DNA of 64,000 nucleotides, from NCBI GenBank assembly GCA_040285825.1, contig JAUPSS010000001.1, positions 310,001 to 374,000 of the forward strand. Reading direction: 5' to 3'. Made by a program: the position numbers and the translations under genes. This stretch comes from Eukaryota sp. TZLM1-RC (lineage: Eukaryota > Protista > Metamonada: BaSk clade). How positions within the stretch are numbered: the first letter of the stretch is position 1; the number at the start of each line of letters is the position of its first letter. The notes under the pieces are model-generated. The model did no database searches and was not told where the DNA came from. It saw only the letters and a list, made by a program, of their open reading frames with translations. Of the stretch, positions 12,357 to 23,091 are shown piece after piece.

Positions 12357-13008
12357 ATGGTTAGAGTTATCTACTCCGAATCACCACTCTCTGAATACCA
12401 TGAAAAGGAAATTGAACGAATGATCGGTGATGAGTTTTATGAGAAGTCATCACTTATTCTCAATAATGACAATAAAGCTCGACAGCTGTACAGACTTTTA
12501 TACCGATATGGGAGACTTCCTCGACGGAAGTGTGTTGCCATAGAAGGTGGACAGGCTGTAGGTGTTGCACTACTAGGTCCTCAACGAAGAAGAACTATTT
12601 GGGAAGGACTAATTTTCTACCTGAGACTGATTTGATTTTTAACGGTTCAACATTGTTCAACTACACAGATCACTCAAACTACGAAGACTATTTGATAGGT
12701 TCGAAGAAGATGCTACAGAGGGTATGCGGTATCCTGAGGTGGCATTTCTCTGTGTGAAGGAAGGGTTTAGAGGACAGGGAATAGGATCATTGTTGCTTCG
12801 GAAAGTTGAAGAATTTATTATGAACGAACAGAGTTGGGTTTGTACAGTTGATAGAATCTTTCTCACATGCTATGAAGGGAATCCAGCCATGAAACTCTAT
12901 CAAAAACATGGTTATAGAGAAGTTCATAGGTTATGCAGTCCGGATTTTGCAAAGTATGCAGGAGAGAAATATAGCTGCTGGATTGCATTAATGAAACCTT
13001 TAACATGA
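12357..13008 (+). pseudogene. GNAT acetyltransferase, disrupted by a TGA and a frameshift near 12635-12645
   Basis: VAFLCVKEGFRGQGIGSLLL (motif A) and NPAMKLYQKHGY (motif B); the N-terminal half is in another frame. Confidence 0.7.
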
Positions 13009-13624
13009 TTGGTTCCCAACAGTGGATGTTGTTCAACTTATTTTTTTGCGTTCTATTGAGGTTAAAATAAATTTGATTTTGAAGAGCTGAAATGAGATGA
13101 ACTTCGTCCATTTATATCAAAAAAAGCGGGTGTAAATGATTTGAACAAGTTGAGGTGAGGTTGATTTTTATGTTGAATACAATTCCCCCAAACATTCCCA
13201 ATTTCAGTTTCCCCAAAACTCCCCCAAACAATATGCCCCAAACAATATGCTATTGTGGATATAATACCATTGCCCAACCTTTTGTTAAGTCTCTTTCTGC
13301 TCGCCGCATCAATTCTGATGCTTTGCTTTCTTTTGGATCTGACTATGAGAAAGTTGGAGCTAGTGTTTTTGTTTTGGAAGAGATGGATTTTTTAGATGTT
13401 GATTTATAGGTTTTTAATAAAAAAATTAAAAAAATATACACACCTTAAAAATGTGGTCTGTGACATATTACAGTATGAATGGAGATGATGTTATGACATC
13501 ATTGTGACTGATGAAAGTAGAAGTGAGAAAATTGAAATTTGTTATTTTGACTGGTTACCACACAGGTGAAAGTCTTAAAGCTGCATTGTGTCAGAATCAT
13601 CAAACATGCTTTGATGATTTTCAA

Positions 13625-13930
13625 TCAAACAATCAGGATTTGCCTTTCATCTAGTATTGTTATGTTGATATACCTCGTGGCAATCTCAGTCGATGCACGG
13701 GTATAGTATTCAACGAAGCAAAAACCGCATGGTTTGAGTGATTTCTTGTTGTGTCCCATAATGATACGTTTGATACGACCAGCACGAGAGAAAAGAGCAT
13801 GAATCTGCTCCTCTGATGTGTAAAAAGAAAGATTTCCGACATAAACAGTGGTAGTAGCTGCAAGCAAGGATTCGTAGGAGAAGGTTCGTAGTAGAGTAAA
13901 TGATGAAATGTTGTAAGTGATGAAATTCAA
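13625..13930 (-). pseudogene. NCBP2: Nuclear cap-binding protein subunit 2 (CBP20) RRM, C-terminally truncated
   Basis: [16 protein letters not shown]...[16 protein letters not shown]; stops before the conserved D(W)D.GF..GRQYGRG segment. Confidence 0.75.
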
Positions 13931-14178
13931 TTACGAATTTGTGGAATGATGACAACCCAACCAAACTTCACTCACCAACTTTTGTAACATGTAGTTCTTG
14001 TCTGAAGAAAGGAAAATATTCAGAAAGTAATCTTGAACGATATGTCTCATTAATAAACACTTATAACTAACTGTACTTTGAATTGACAACTATAAGATTG
14101 ATTGACTTCAACAAAATTTTAATTTTAGGAAACAAATTTTCAATCATTTCTGACTGTTTCCGTTCTGTGTTGACTGCC

Positions 14179-15840
14179 ATGGATAACGTTCTACAAACTA
14201 CAACTGTGGGAGCGTCTGTCAACCAGTTCTTCGACTCAGAGGCACAAGAAGCTATGGAACGCCAGTTCCAAGTTCTTGCTAGTATTGGAGCTCATGCTAC
14301 TCACCTAGCACAACTCTTTGTGCTCCAATACCCAGAACACTCTATGTGGCTAACTCAAAGCCAGTTCTGGAGCCTCTGTTTCGACTTTGTTTGCCAAAGT
14401 GAGCCTAAACAAAGGAGGCCATTTGAGAACCATCCTTTGGTTTACCAAGCGCTGCAACACCTTGTTCAGCACTTTTGGCCCTGGAGACCGCTGAATGAAA
14501 CCAACTCAGCTGACGGTGGTAGATTTTGGTGTCTTTCCACTCTTCTTGGCAGTCGAGCCATCCAACTGCGAGAAGCCTTTTGTCAGTTGCTTGCTGACGG
14601 CCCTGTTGTCTGGAAACACAATTTTTTCAAGAGCTGTGCTCAGTTTCTAAATTGCCCTTGGCCCAAGAAGTACGCCGACTGTGTACTTCAAGGGATTCAG
14701 CCAGATGAGTCAATTTTAGAATGGCATCAAGAAATACACCAGCATATCTTGGTCCATTGGCTCAATATGACAGCCAACACCCATATTGGTGGTGGTTAAA
14801 ATTTGTTCGAAAATTCAATAAGAAACGAACGATTTCCCATCAATATGGAGTCTGCGGCAACAATCGTTCAATCTGCCTTGAACATTTTATCTTTTTTAGA
14901 AGATAACTGCCCTGATGTGATGAAAAGGCACTCTCTCTCCACTGTCCAGTTGGTCTCCATGCTTCTGCAGCTTGACTAAAAAAACAGAAGCTTATTTCAC
15001 AAAACTCAATGCAAACAAAGAGCTTTTGAACAACCCTTATCGGTTTTTTAATAAATCCAAATTTATTAACTATACCATTTTTTCAAATGGTGATTCCTTG
15101 CGGTTTACGTTTACCCAAAAGGAAAGAAAAACTTATAATAGGCCAAGTAAAGCGGAATTTGAGCCCAGGCGAGCCTCTGGAAATTATGATTTTCATAACT
15201 CTGAAAAGAAACGAAAATCCAATGTCCATAGAACAGCAAATCCACAGAGAAGACTGCGGTTACCAGCGGAACAACAGCCCAATTACAGAGATCCTGATGA
15301 AAATTTGTTTTTTGTAGCCATTGATCCCAACCACAGCAATCTTTATGGTTGGACTGCTGGTTCTTTCCGAAATTCTGCACCTGTTTTTGAACGTTCTGGA
15401 CTGCTACTGAATCGAAAAGAACGAAGACTAAATCACCCTCCTCCTCTCACTCAAGCAACTCCTAACACTTATTCCGCTCAGAGCTTCCAAGAGTATCTGA
15501 TTGAAATAAGTTTACCTTATGTTTCTGAATCTGAGGAAGAGCCTGAATATTCTTCAATTATGTCTGGAAATTTGCAGCGTGGTGCAAGAAAAAAATTGAG
15601 AAGAAATAAGTTTGATTTCTTCATACGAAGGCAAAAGAGAATAACTAGTTTTATTAACAAAATTAAACGCTGGTCTGAAGGAAGAAACACTATAGTTTGG
15701 TTCGGCAATGGCGGTGGTGGTCCATCTCGTCAATCTGTGAAATCCCCCCGAAAGAGATTTCTCAAACAAATCAAAAAACACTTTGAAAGCCTCAAAGTCG
15801 GGGACGAGTTTATGACCTCAGCAACAGTGAATTGCTGTAA
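14179..15840 (+). pseudogene. Fanzor (eukaryotic TnpB-like) relic A: stop at 14797, frameshift near 14935, truncated after the first zinc-finger cysteines
   Basis: RuvC-I FFVAIDPN; IVWFGNG..SP..RFLK; RuvC-II DEFMTS..CC; N-terminus resembles the ORF at 20860-22044; no RuvC-III. Confidence 0.8.
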
Positions 15841-15934
15841 GGTCATTCATAGAAAGTCAATATTCACTCTGTGTAAAATTCTCAGAGGTAATTCAACTTT
15901 CAAAACACCACTTCTTTCCATTCTTTCAGTAAGA

Positions 15935-18900
15935 ATGGACCAAACTCGTGAACGGTCTGGTTCCTCTGTAGGCAACCGCACAAATTCTGTCACATATGCC
16001 AATATTGAAAGTTTCTCCTCTCTGCAAGAGGCAACCCAGTTAGCCCTCTTTGAATCTCTTGCTGACCAGAACAGTGGAATCGTGACATCTTCTTTTATTT
16101 TGTCCAAACTAGAGACTATTGGCATATATTCTGATGATCCCAGGATCATAGGCATTCTGGCCGAGGAAGATCATGTACTTTCCTTCTCGGACTTTGTGGT
16201 AATTCTCTCCAAGTCTTGTCTTTTTCAGCGAGCCCTTGATGGCCAGTTGATCATCCCAGAATGGAAGTCCTTCACTAGTGATATTACTGACATATTCAAC
16301 CTAGTTTCTACCATTAAAGATGGTGAAGTTGCCAAGTACATTCCTCAACTGGCTAGGGTCGATCCTGACCTATTTGCTGTTTCTATCTGTTCAGTAGATG
16401 GCCAACGTTTCTCACTTGGTAACCACGAGACTCCCTTCTCTATCCAATCATGTAGCAAACCCGTGACTTACTGCATTGCTCTTGAACAGCATGGTTTAGA
16501 TACTGTGCATCGCCACGTGGCAATGGAACCGAGTGGGAGGAACTTTAATGAGTTGGTATTGAATTGCGAGAACTTGCCTCACAATGCCATGATTAATGCT
16601 GGAGCAATCATGGTGACGTCATTGATTAAACCAGAATTACCCCTTTTTGAGCGTTTTAGACACGTCATCAACACATGGGGTGATCTGGCAGCTGGTTCTC
16701 CGATCTCTTTTGATAATGTTACCTTTCTATCTGAATCCGCAACAGCCGATCGAAACTTTTGTTTAGCATACATGATGAAAGAGGCACAGAGTTTTCCCGA
16801 AGGAACTGATATACAGGAAGTTCTTTCCCTTTACTTAATGTTCTGTGGAATTCAAGTGACTTCTTCCCAGGTTGCCTCTGTTGCCGCTACCTTGGCAAAT
16901 AACGGCGTTTGTCCATTGACCAACAAAAGGGTATTCGAGGAAGATACTGTTCGAGATTGCCTTTCCACAATGGCTAGCAACGGTCTTTATGATGCTAGTG
17001 GGCAATACTTTTGTGAGATTGGAATCCCAACCAAGTCATCAGTAAGTGGATGTTTGATGTTGGTCATCCCAGGGGTTCTAGGGGCAGTCAGTTGGTCTCC
17101 ACCTCTGGATTCATTGGGGAATAGTATCAAAGGAACAGCATTTGCTCAGAAGCTTTGTGAACGCTTCTCTTTCCATGTTTTCGATTCTGTCACTGATAAT
17201 TCCAAGGTTGATGTTGTTCGAAAGCCAGAGGTCACTCTTGAAGATGACCAAATCATGCTTTTGTTTGCCGTCTGTGTCGGCGATTTTGGTTACGTTCAGC
17301 GGCTTGTGGCTAAAGGATGTAATGTCAACTTCCTTGACACTCATTTACGTTCACCTCTCCACATCGCAGCCTGCCATAACCAACTAGACATTGTTGAGTA
17401 TTTAGTTAACCACGATGCAGACGCTTCCATGGAAGATTGTTATGGCAACACACCCTTGCAGGATGCAATTCGATTTGGGCACAAAGAAGTTGCTGAAATT
17501 CTAAAGAAATGCACCTCTCACACTTCAACACCCAAAGTAAACCATCAACGATGTCCTTCCCCCAAGGTTTGTTCCAGTTGCTCCCCTAAAAACCTTATTG
17601 ATGAACTTGGCTATAAGGATGATGAAGTCAATGAAGTAGCTAATGAAGATGAGGTGGAAAGGATTAGTCAAATGATTTCTCTTGAAAATCAACTATCACA
17701 TCATTATGAAGATGATACTGACATCAACACCGAATTGATTGAAGAAGTCCAATCTGATGGTTTTGCTGATTATTTTTACATTCCTTATTCCTTGGATCTC
17801 TCTTCCTGTGGAAAGGTTCTGAAGAAAGACTTGTTAACATCCTTGGAACGGACAGGAATTCTTTGGAAGTGTGATATTAGGTTTTCTTCTTTGATTAATG
17901 AGCTTGATGATGTGATTGATTACGAGAAGATTGAAGAACTCTGTGCCGAAGTTCCTGCACTTGCGAGAGCTTTGATCGGAAACCTGGTGGTTCCTGATTG
18001 GCCTTTTACGACTAGTCAGTTTCGAGAAATTTTCGAAACAGTCAACAATGAACCAATCAAAGGGAAAGTTGCTGATTACATTGATGACCTTGCCAGAAAA
18101 GATCCTTCATTGTTCTCTGCAGCTGTCTGCTCTATCGATGGACAACGAAGCTTTTTTGGAAACTGTGCGCATACCTTCACCCTACAACATTGCTCAAACG
18201 TCATTTCTTTTTGCCTTGCTTTGGAAGAATTAGGAGAAGAAGAGTACTTCACCAAAGTGGGCAGGGAACCCTCTGGATTACCATCTGATTGTTTGGCCTT
18301 GGATTTCGAAAACAAACCCCACAACCCTTTTATTAATTCAGGCGCTATGTTTTCTGCATCTGTTATTGCTAAAGGAGAGCCCCTTGCTGACAGGTTTGAT
18401 TCTATTAGAAAAACTGTATTGAAGTTAATAGGATGCTTTGGGAGAAATAGGCTAATTGTAGATCATGTTGGTTACTCGTTGACATCATATTTAGCTGAAC
18501 TAAAAGCAAGTGACCGTAATTACGCACTCCTTTACCTAATGAGAGAGAAGGGGGTCTTTGAGTCTGATGCTGATCTTGATGAAATTCTTAAACTATATTT
18601 AATGCTCTGCTCCATAGAAATGAACACTGCCTCGCTCTCAGTCCTTGCATCAGTACTTGCTAACGAAGGTGTGTGTCCTTTTACCTCTGAACGCCTGTTC
18701 AAACCATCGACTGTAAGGAATTGCTTGGCTCTAATGAACTCATCCTCAATGTATAACTTCTCTGGTGCTTATATGTTTGATATTGGGCTACCAGGAGTGT
18801 GTGGGTCTAGTGGATGCATGATGATTGTCATTCCTTCCGTTCTTGGCTTTGCTGTTTATTCTCCTCCATTGAACAAGTGCAAAATATCAGAAAAGGGTCT

Positions 18901-19303
18901 ATCATTTTGTAGAAATTTGCTGAGGAAATACCATTTGCATCCTTTTGAAATTTCTACTTCTCACTCTAAAAAAGTTCTCCAATCGTGGAGGAACACCAAG
19001 GTTTATAAGGATGTTGCCAAGCTTTGTCATGCCTGTTCAATGGGAGAGGTTAGTGAAGTCCGACAATTGCTAAGGGAAAGAGTTGATGTTAATCTTGGCA
19101 ACTATGATTCCAGAACTGCACTCCATTGTGCATGTGCTGCCCCTGGTAATATGGAAATTGTAAATATTTTGTTGGAGAATGGAGCTGATCCAAACTTGAA
19201 AGATGATTATAATCAGACTGCGATTGATGTAGCAATCAGAAATGGACATGATTCCTATGTTCCTTTCTTAAAGAAGATAATTAAAAAGGAATTATTGAAG
19301 TGA
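15935..19303 (+). CDS. GLS: Tandem double glutaminase: (glutaminase + ankyrin repeats) x2, about 1122 aa
   Basis: Unit 1: KYIPQLA, FSIQSCSKP, EPSGRNFN, NAMINAGAI, LYDASG. Unit 2: DYIDDLA, EPSG, NPFINSGA. Ankyrin motifs SPLHIAA and TALHCAC. Confidence 0.9.
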   Translation: MDQTRERSGSSVGNRTNSVTYANIESFSSLQEATQLALFESLADQNSGIVTSSFILSKLETIGIYSDDPRIIGILAEEDHVLSFSDFVVILSKSCLFQRALDGQLIIPEWKSFTSDITDIFNLVSTIKDGEVAKYIPQLARVDPDLFAVSICSVDGQRFSLGNHETPFSIQSCSKPVTYCIALEQHGLDTVHRHVAMEPSGRNFNELVLNCENLPHNAMINAGAIMVTSLIKPELPLFERFRHVINTWGDLAAGSPISFDNVTFLSESATADRNFCLAYMMKEAQSFPEGTDIQEVLSLYLMFCGIQVTSSQVASVAATLANNGVCPLTNKRVFEEDTVRDCLSTMASNGLYDASGQYFCEIGIPTKSSVSGCLMLVIPGVLGAVSWSPPLDSLGNSIKGTAFAQKLCERFSFHVFDSVTDNSKVDVVRKPEVTLEDDQIMLLFAVCVGDFGYVQRLVAKGCNVNFLDTHLRSPLHIAACHNQLDIVEYLVNHDADASMEDCYGNTPLQDAIRFGHKEVAEILKKCTSHTSTPKVNHQRCPSPKVCSSCSPKNLIDELGYKDDEVNEVANEDEVERISQMISLENQLSHHYEDDTDINTELIEEVQSDGFADYFYIPYSLDLSSCGKVLKKDLLTSLERTGILWKCDIRFSSLINELDDVIDYEKIEELCAEVPALARALIGNLVVPDWPFTTSQFREIFETVNNEPIKGKVADYIDDLARKDPSLFSAAVCSIDGQRSFFGNCAHTFTLQHCSNVISFCLALEELGEEEYFTKVGREPSGLPSDCLALDFENKPHNPFINSGAMFSASVIAKGEPLADRFDSIRKTVLKLIGCFGRNRLIVDHVGYSLTSYLAELKASDRNYALLYLMREKGVFESDADLDEILKLYLMLCSIEMNTASLSVLASVLANEGVCPFTSERLFKPSTVRNCLALMNSSSMYNFSGAYMFDIGLPGVCGSSGCMMIVIPSVLGFAVYSPPLNKCKISEKGLSFCRNLLRKYHLHPFEISTSHSKKVLQSWRNTKVYKDVAKLCHACSMGEVSEVRQLLRERVDVNLGNYDSRTALHCACAAPGNMEIVNILLENGADPNLKDDYNQTAIDVAIRNGHDSYVPFLKKIIKKELLK

Positions 19304-19557
19304 GTGGTTTCTTTTTTCTTGTTTTTTTGGGATCTTTGTCTTTATCAGTCCATTGCTTCAATTTTTTGTAAATCTGTTATTTAAATGCTCTTTTGATTTA
19401 TTGATATCCATTTCTATCGCTATAATATTCATCTGTACAGTAATGGTCACAACAATCTAAGAAAACAAACAAAAACCTTTCTAAAGAAACAATTGCTGTA
19501 GCAATGTTAATTTGTAGATTCTTGTAATCTTTGAGTAAATAAAAGTTATAGAAATTC

Positions 19558-19735
19558 TGTATTGAACTTCCACACTTAACAAAATATACTCATAACTAAT
19601 GGGACGAAATTCATGGAACCAAGATTTCCTATACAAAATCTTGATCTACTTGCCGTCTCGCTAAAGCTTCTGTGACTCGATTGAAAAACAGAGGCAATCT
19701 ATAAATTATGGCAAATTAAATTCAAGATTAAATTC
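19558..19735 (-). mobile_element. Short diverged 3' fragment of retrotransposon family A
   Basis: Matches the family A C-terminus and 3' UTR (CATAACTAATGGGAC..AACCAAGATTTCCT). Confidence 0.75.
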
Positions 19736-19798
19736 ATAAGAGGATTGAAATAATAAATAATATAATGAACAGCTGTAAGTTGTAGTTTCATACATACT

Positions 19799-20065
19799 GT
19801 GAATTTCACTTATCATGCATTCCCCTGTGAAATTCACTCCTGTTTTCAACTTTCTCAATGTCTACTCACAGGTTGTAAGAGACATGTAGCATCATTTGAC
19901 AAAGACAATCATGATCTTCATCAATGGGCTACCTCACTTAAATACACCTACTGCTTTCACAGAACAAAGCCTCGCGACTTGATGTATCTAAGTGGATCTA
20001 CCAAATGCTACTAGGGCATTTGTAGATCGGTCTCAAAAGTTTTTGTTTCTGCTCAGGTTCCCCAT
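19799..20065 (-). ncRNA. Candidate Fanzor omegaRNA scaffold (about 270 nt) directly 3' of the Fanzor stop codon
   Basis: At least seven stems, with G-U wobbles and a GAAA tetraloop that work only on the minus strand; position matches TnpB/Fanzor omegaRNA loci. Confidence 0.7.
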
Positions 20066-22044
20066 TCATCTTCTCAACAGAGCATCTGGGCAAATGTATC
20101 GCTCCGGCCACAATTCCGCTTTCTTCTTAATTTGAATATTTTTTGCAGCGGAAATATCTCTGTCATATACTATTTGACACTCAGTACAAATACGCATCTG
20201 CCATGAGCCTGCTTGAATATTCTCGGCCATGCAACAACTTGACATTTTGCTTGTATTAAATTCACTGGTTGACAAGTGCTTCACGTCCTTTTGATAACAC
20301 AACCATTTTCTGAAAGCTCTTGCTGATCCATATCGATTGACTTTTCGGCAATGAGAAGGGAAATTAGCAGAACCCACAGCAAGATAGAGTTTTTCAGGAT
20401 GTCCAGCCAGCCTTTGAAATTTGTTGAGACTCTCTCTGAACCGTCTCTCTTTTCGTCTGCGGTTATCAAATTTAATTATTTTCCATTTCTGGCGATTACT
20501 TTCCAAATACACTTTCCTCCTGACCAAATTCCAATGGTTCAAATATTGGTTGAAATTTTGAACGGAATATTGGTTGGGAGAGTGTTTACTGGGTGAAGGT
20601 TTTGTCACGTATCTTCTGCCAGTTGGACAAGGGATAACTCCACATTGATTATCATTTAAGAAGTAACCACATAATCTTGATTGGCCAAGATCAACGCCGA
20701 TAAGGGGCCTTTCAGGTAAAATTTCGACTGGATGTCTACGTCTTCGACGGGGCATTTTTTTAGTACCCTTCAACTGTGTTTCTCTGGTTTTGTTGGCATC
20801 AGGGTCACTTTTTCATTTCATTTTTGATCTTCTTTTTCTTTTTCGGTGGTTCATCCAGCTCATCTGTGTTTTTCTGAGTCATTATTTTTACCTTCAAAGG
20901 TCAAAAGCAGTTCATTACCATTAGTTTTCAATAAAATTTTGTTAAATCTATTTTTCAAACTTTTTCTGTTGATATTGAATTTTTGGTAAGGACATTGTTT
21001 GAATACTCGTTTCAGACATGTATTTTTGATAAACTTTGTTTTGGAAGATGATCCTTCAATAATTGGAAATTTTTTCACAGAGTGGAAAATTTGTGAAGGT
21101 ACCTCAATAAATTTAGAACCTTTATGAGAAGCTAAAGGTATTATTCTAAATTTCTTCCAGCAATGCATATGAGAAAAGAAAGTGAGTAAGTATTGTGAAA
21201 TTTTAAGATTGAAGAGAAAAAGCTCACTAATTTCCTTTGATGAAAAAGTGATTTTATCATGTGAGGACAGTAGGGAGGCAGTGGTAGGAAATCTTTGAAA
21301 GAGATTCAAGATAAACCTACATGCATTCAATAAAAAAAATCTTTCTCTTGAATTATTCAAATTGAAATTGATGAGGTATTCAAGAACAGAATCAACTACT
21401 ACTTCCTCGGGTTGGGCTAGTAGTTCATCTGGCAAAAGTGAAAGAATATTATTTGCAAAGACATTTGTTTTATTCAGGGCTCTACAATGAGCACGAATAA
21501 AGTTTTTTGTCCAGGATTGACAAATTTTGGGTAAACATGTCTTAACGTTGGAGGCCAATTGACGAGCCCGACAAGCAAGGTAAAGAGAAAGCCCTTTTCT
21601 ATTGATAAAATTACAGTTCTGGGACTGCAGCCAATCATTGAGGAAAAGATTGAATGAATTTCTGTAGGGCACTAAAGAATTTTCCCACACAGAAACAAGA
21701 GACCTGTCTTGGGGGCATTCAGGAAGAAATCCATTGTAAAAGATATGGAGTAATTGGCGTTGGCCTTTAGATGTGGAAGGCTTAGGAAAAGAACCAGTGG
21801 TGATGACGGTCATAAACAGATACCATACATCCTGTTCCACTAAAGCTCTAGATGCCAACGGAAAATTTAGAAGAAAAGATTGAAGTAATAAAGAAGCTTC
21901 ATGACAAATCTCGGTGACCACTGGAAGGTCAGTCCGAATTTGTTGCACCGCTGCAGGGGTCAGCAGCGAGTTAAGTGCACAAGACCGAGTGAATACACGT
22001 GATACAGAGGGGTGTCTGACATGTAGTGAGAATAAAGAGCTCAT
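20066..22044 (-). CDS. Fanzor (TnpB-like RNA-guided nuclease) B, about 649 aa when reconstructed; putative intron 20864-20891 plus a 1-nt frameshift at 20809-20813
   Basis: RuvC-I LIGVDLG, LAVGSANF, RuvC-II SEFNTSKMSSCC, zinc finger CTEC, RuvC-III DRDISAAKNI; N-terminal ORF has Fanzor-like FRIIPL..FIEV and KTNG..L.LTF. Confidence 0.85.
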
Positions 22045-22217
22045 CTATCAAATTTTACACTTGTCACCCATTTTCGACTTCTGGTTGCCTATTCTGGGAG
22101 GTTTTTAACCCTCAACTTGGTTTTGGGAGGTTTTCACTATTCCCACACTTTCCCCTCACTTCATAAACTAGGTTCATAAACTAGGTATCCTTTGTAAAAG
22201 TTGCACTGGAGTAGTCA

Positions 22218-22622
22218 ATGACATCCATATACGACCACCTACTACCATGCTTTCTATCTGAGTTCTCTGCTTGTCACATGAACTGCTTTTATCACAAGCC
22301 TCCCCTTCTTGCTCAATTTACAGACCACCGATCTTCGTTTATCAATATTACACTGAAGCACCTCCTCACCTCAGTAATCCGCTCTCTTAAACTCAAAGAT
22401 CCACCCATAACAATATACTCTTCCTACTCTGTCTTTCACTCACATTTACCCCTCCTCTCCTTATCCCAGCGAAAGACACTTTGTGAGATCATCTTCTCTA
22501 CTCTTTCGCCCTTCCATCCTTCTTCTTCACCATTAGATCCTCATACTCCATTTTTCTCTCCTGATTCTCTTCATCACCTCACGCACCTTACCACTACCCT
22601 ACTCCAACAAGAGGAACATTAA
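22218..22622 (+). CDS. Hypothetical S/L/H/P-rich ORF, possibly a detached 5' part of the downstream SMYD gene
   Basis: ATG-initiated 134 aa; C/T-rich composition like the 5' ends of host genes in this window. Confidence 0.35.
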   Translation: MTSIYDHLLPCFLSEFSACHMNCFYHKPPLLAQFTDHRSSFINITLKHLLTSVIRSLKLKDPPITIYSSYSVFHSHLPLLSLSQRKTLCEIIFSTLSPFHPSSSPLDPHTPFFSPDSLHHLTHLTTTLLQQEEH

Positions 22623-23091
22623 TGTAATGTAAGATGCTTTTGTTAAATTAATTAATAATAAATCTAATATTCCCTTCGTTTACCATTTCAACATTCATTA
22701 GTTTTAAGTCCCAGTATGTATAGTGGACCATCTCCACCATCTGATTGTGCTGCCAAAACTTGCGGATTCCTACTAATAAATTTAATAAATTTGAAATTCT
22801 ATTTAATTCACCTTCATCCAATGAAGGTTAGATATCTTGATTTAGACTTGTTGACCAATAATGTTGACCAATCATTAAGCCATATTTATTTCTATGCAAT
22901 ACAAATCCAACTATCCTTGTTGTTGAGCTTTCATTGACAAGCTTCTTCCTAAAGTTAACAGAATGATCATAAGGTAACAAACCAGCAGCTATAATTTCAT
23001 CACACAACAATAATTGAGAAACATACATAAAGTGACAATCTAATAACATTTATTAAACATTGACCCACTTACTAATTCCCTAATTGCATCA

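Noticed and set aside
14972-19303. Single 1443-aa protein as predicted by the ORF track
   Set aside because: It starts at a TTG inside a frameshifted Fanzor relic. Annotated as relic plus glutaminase; the fusion is kept only as a hypothesis
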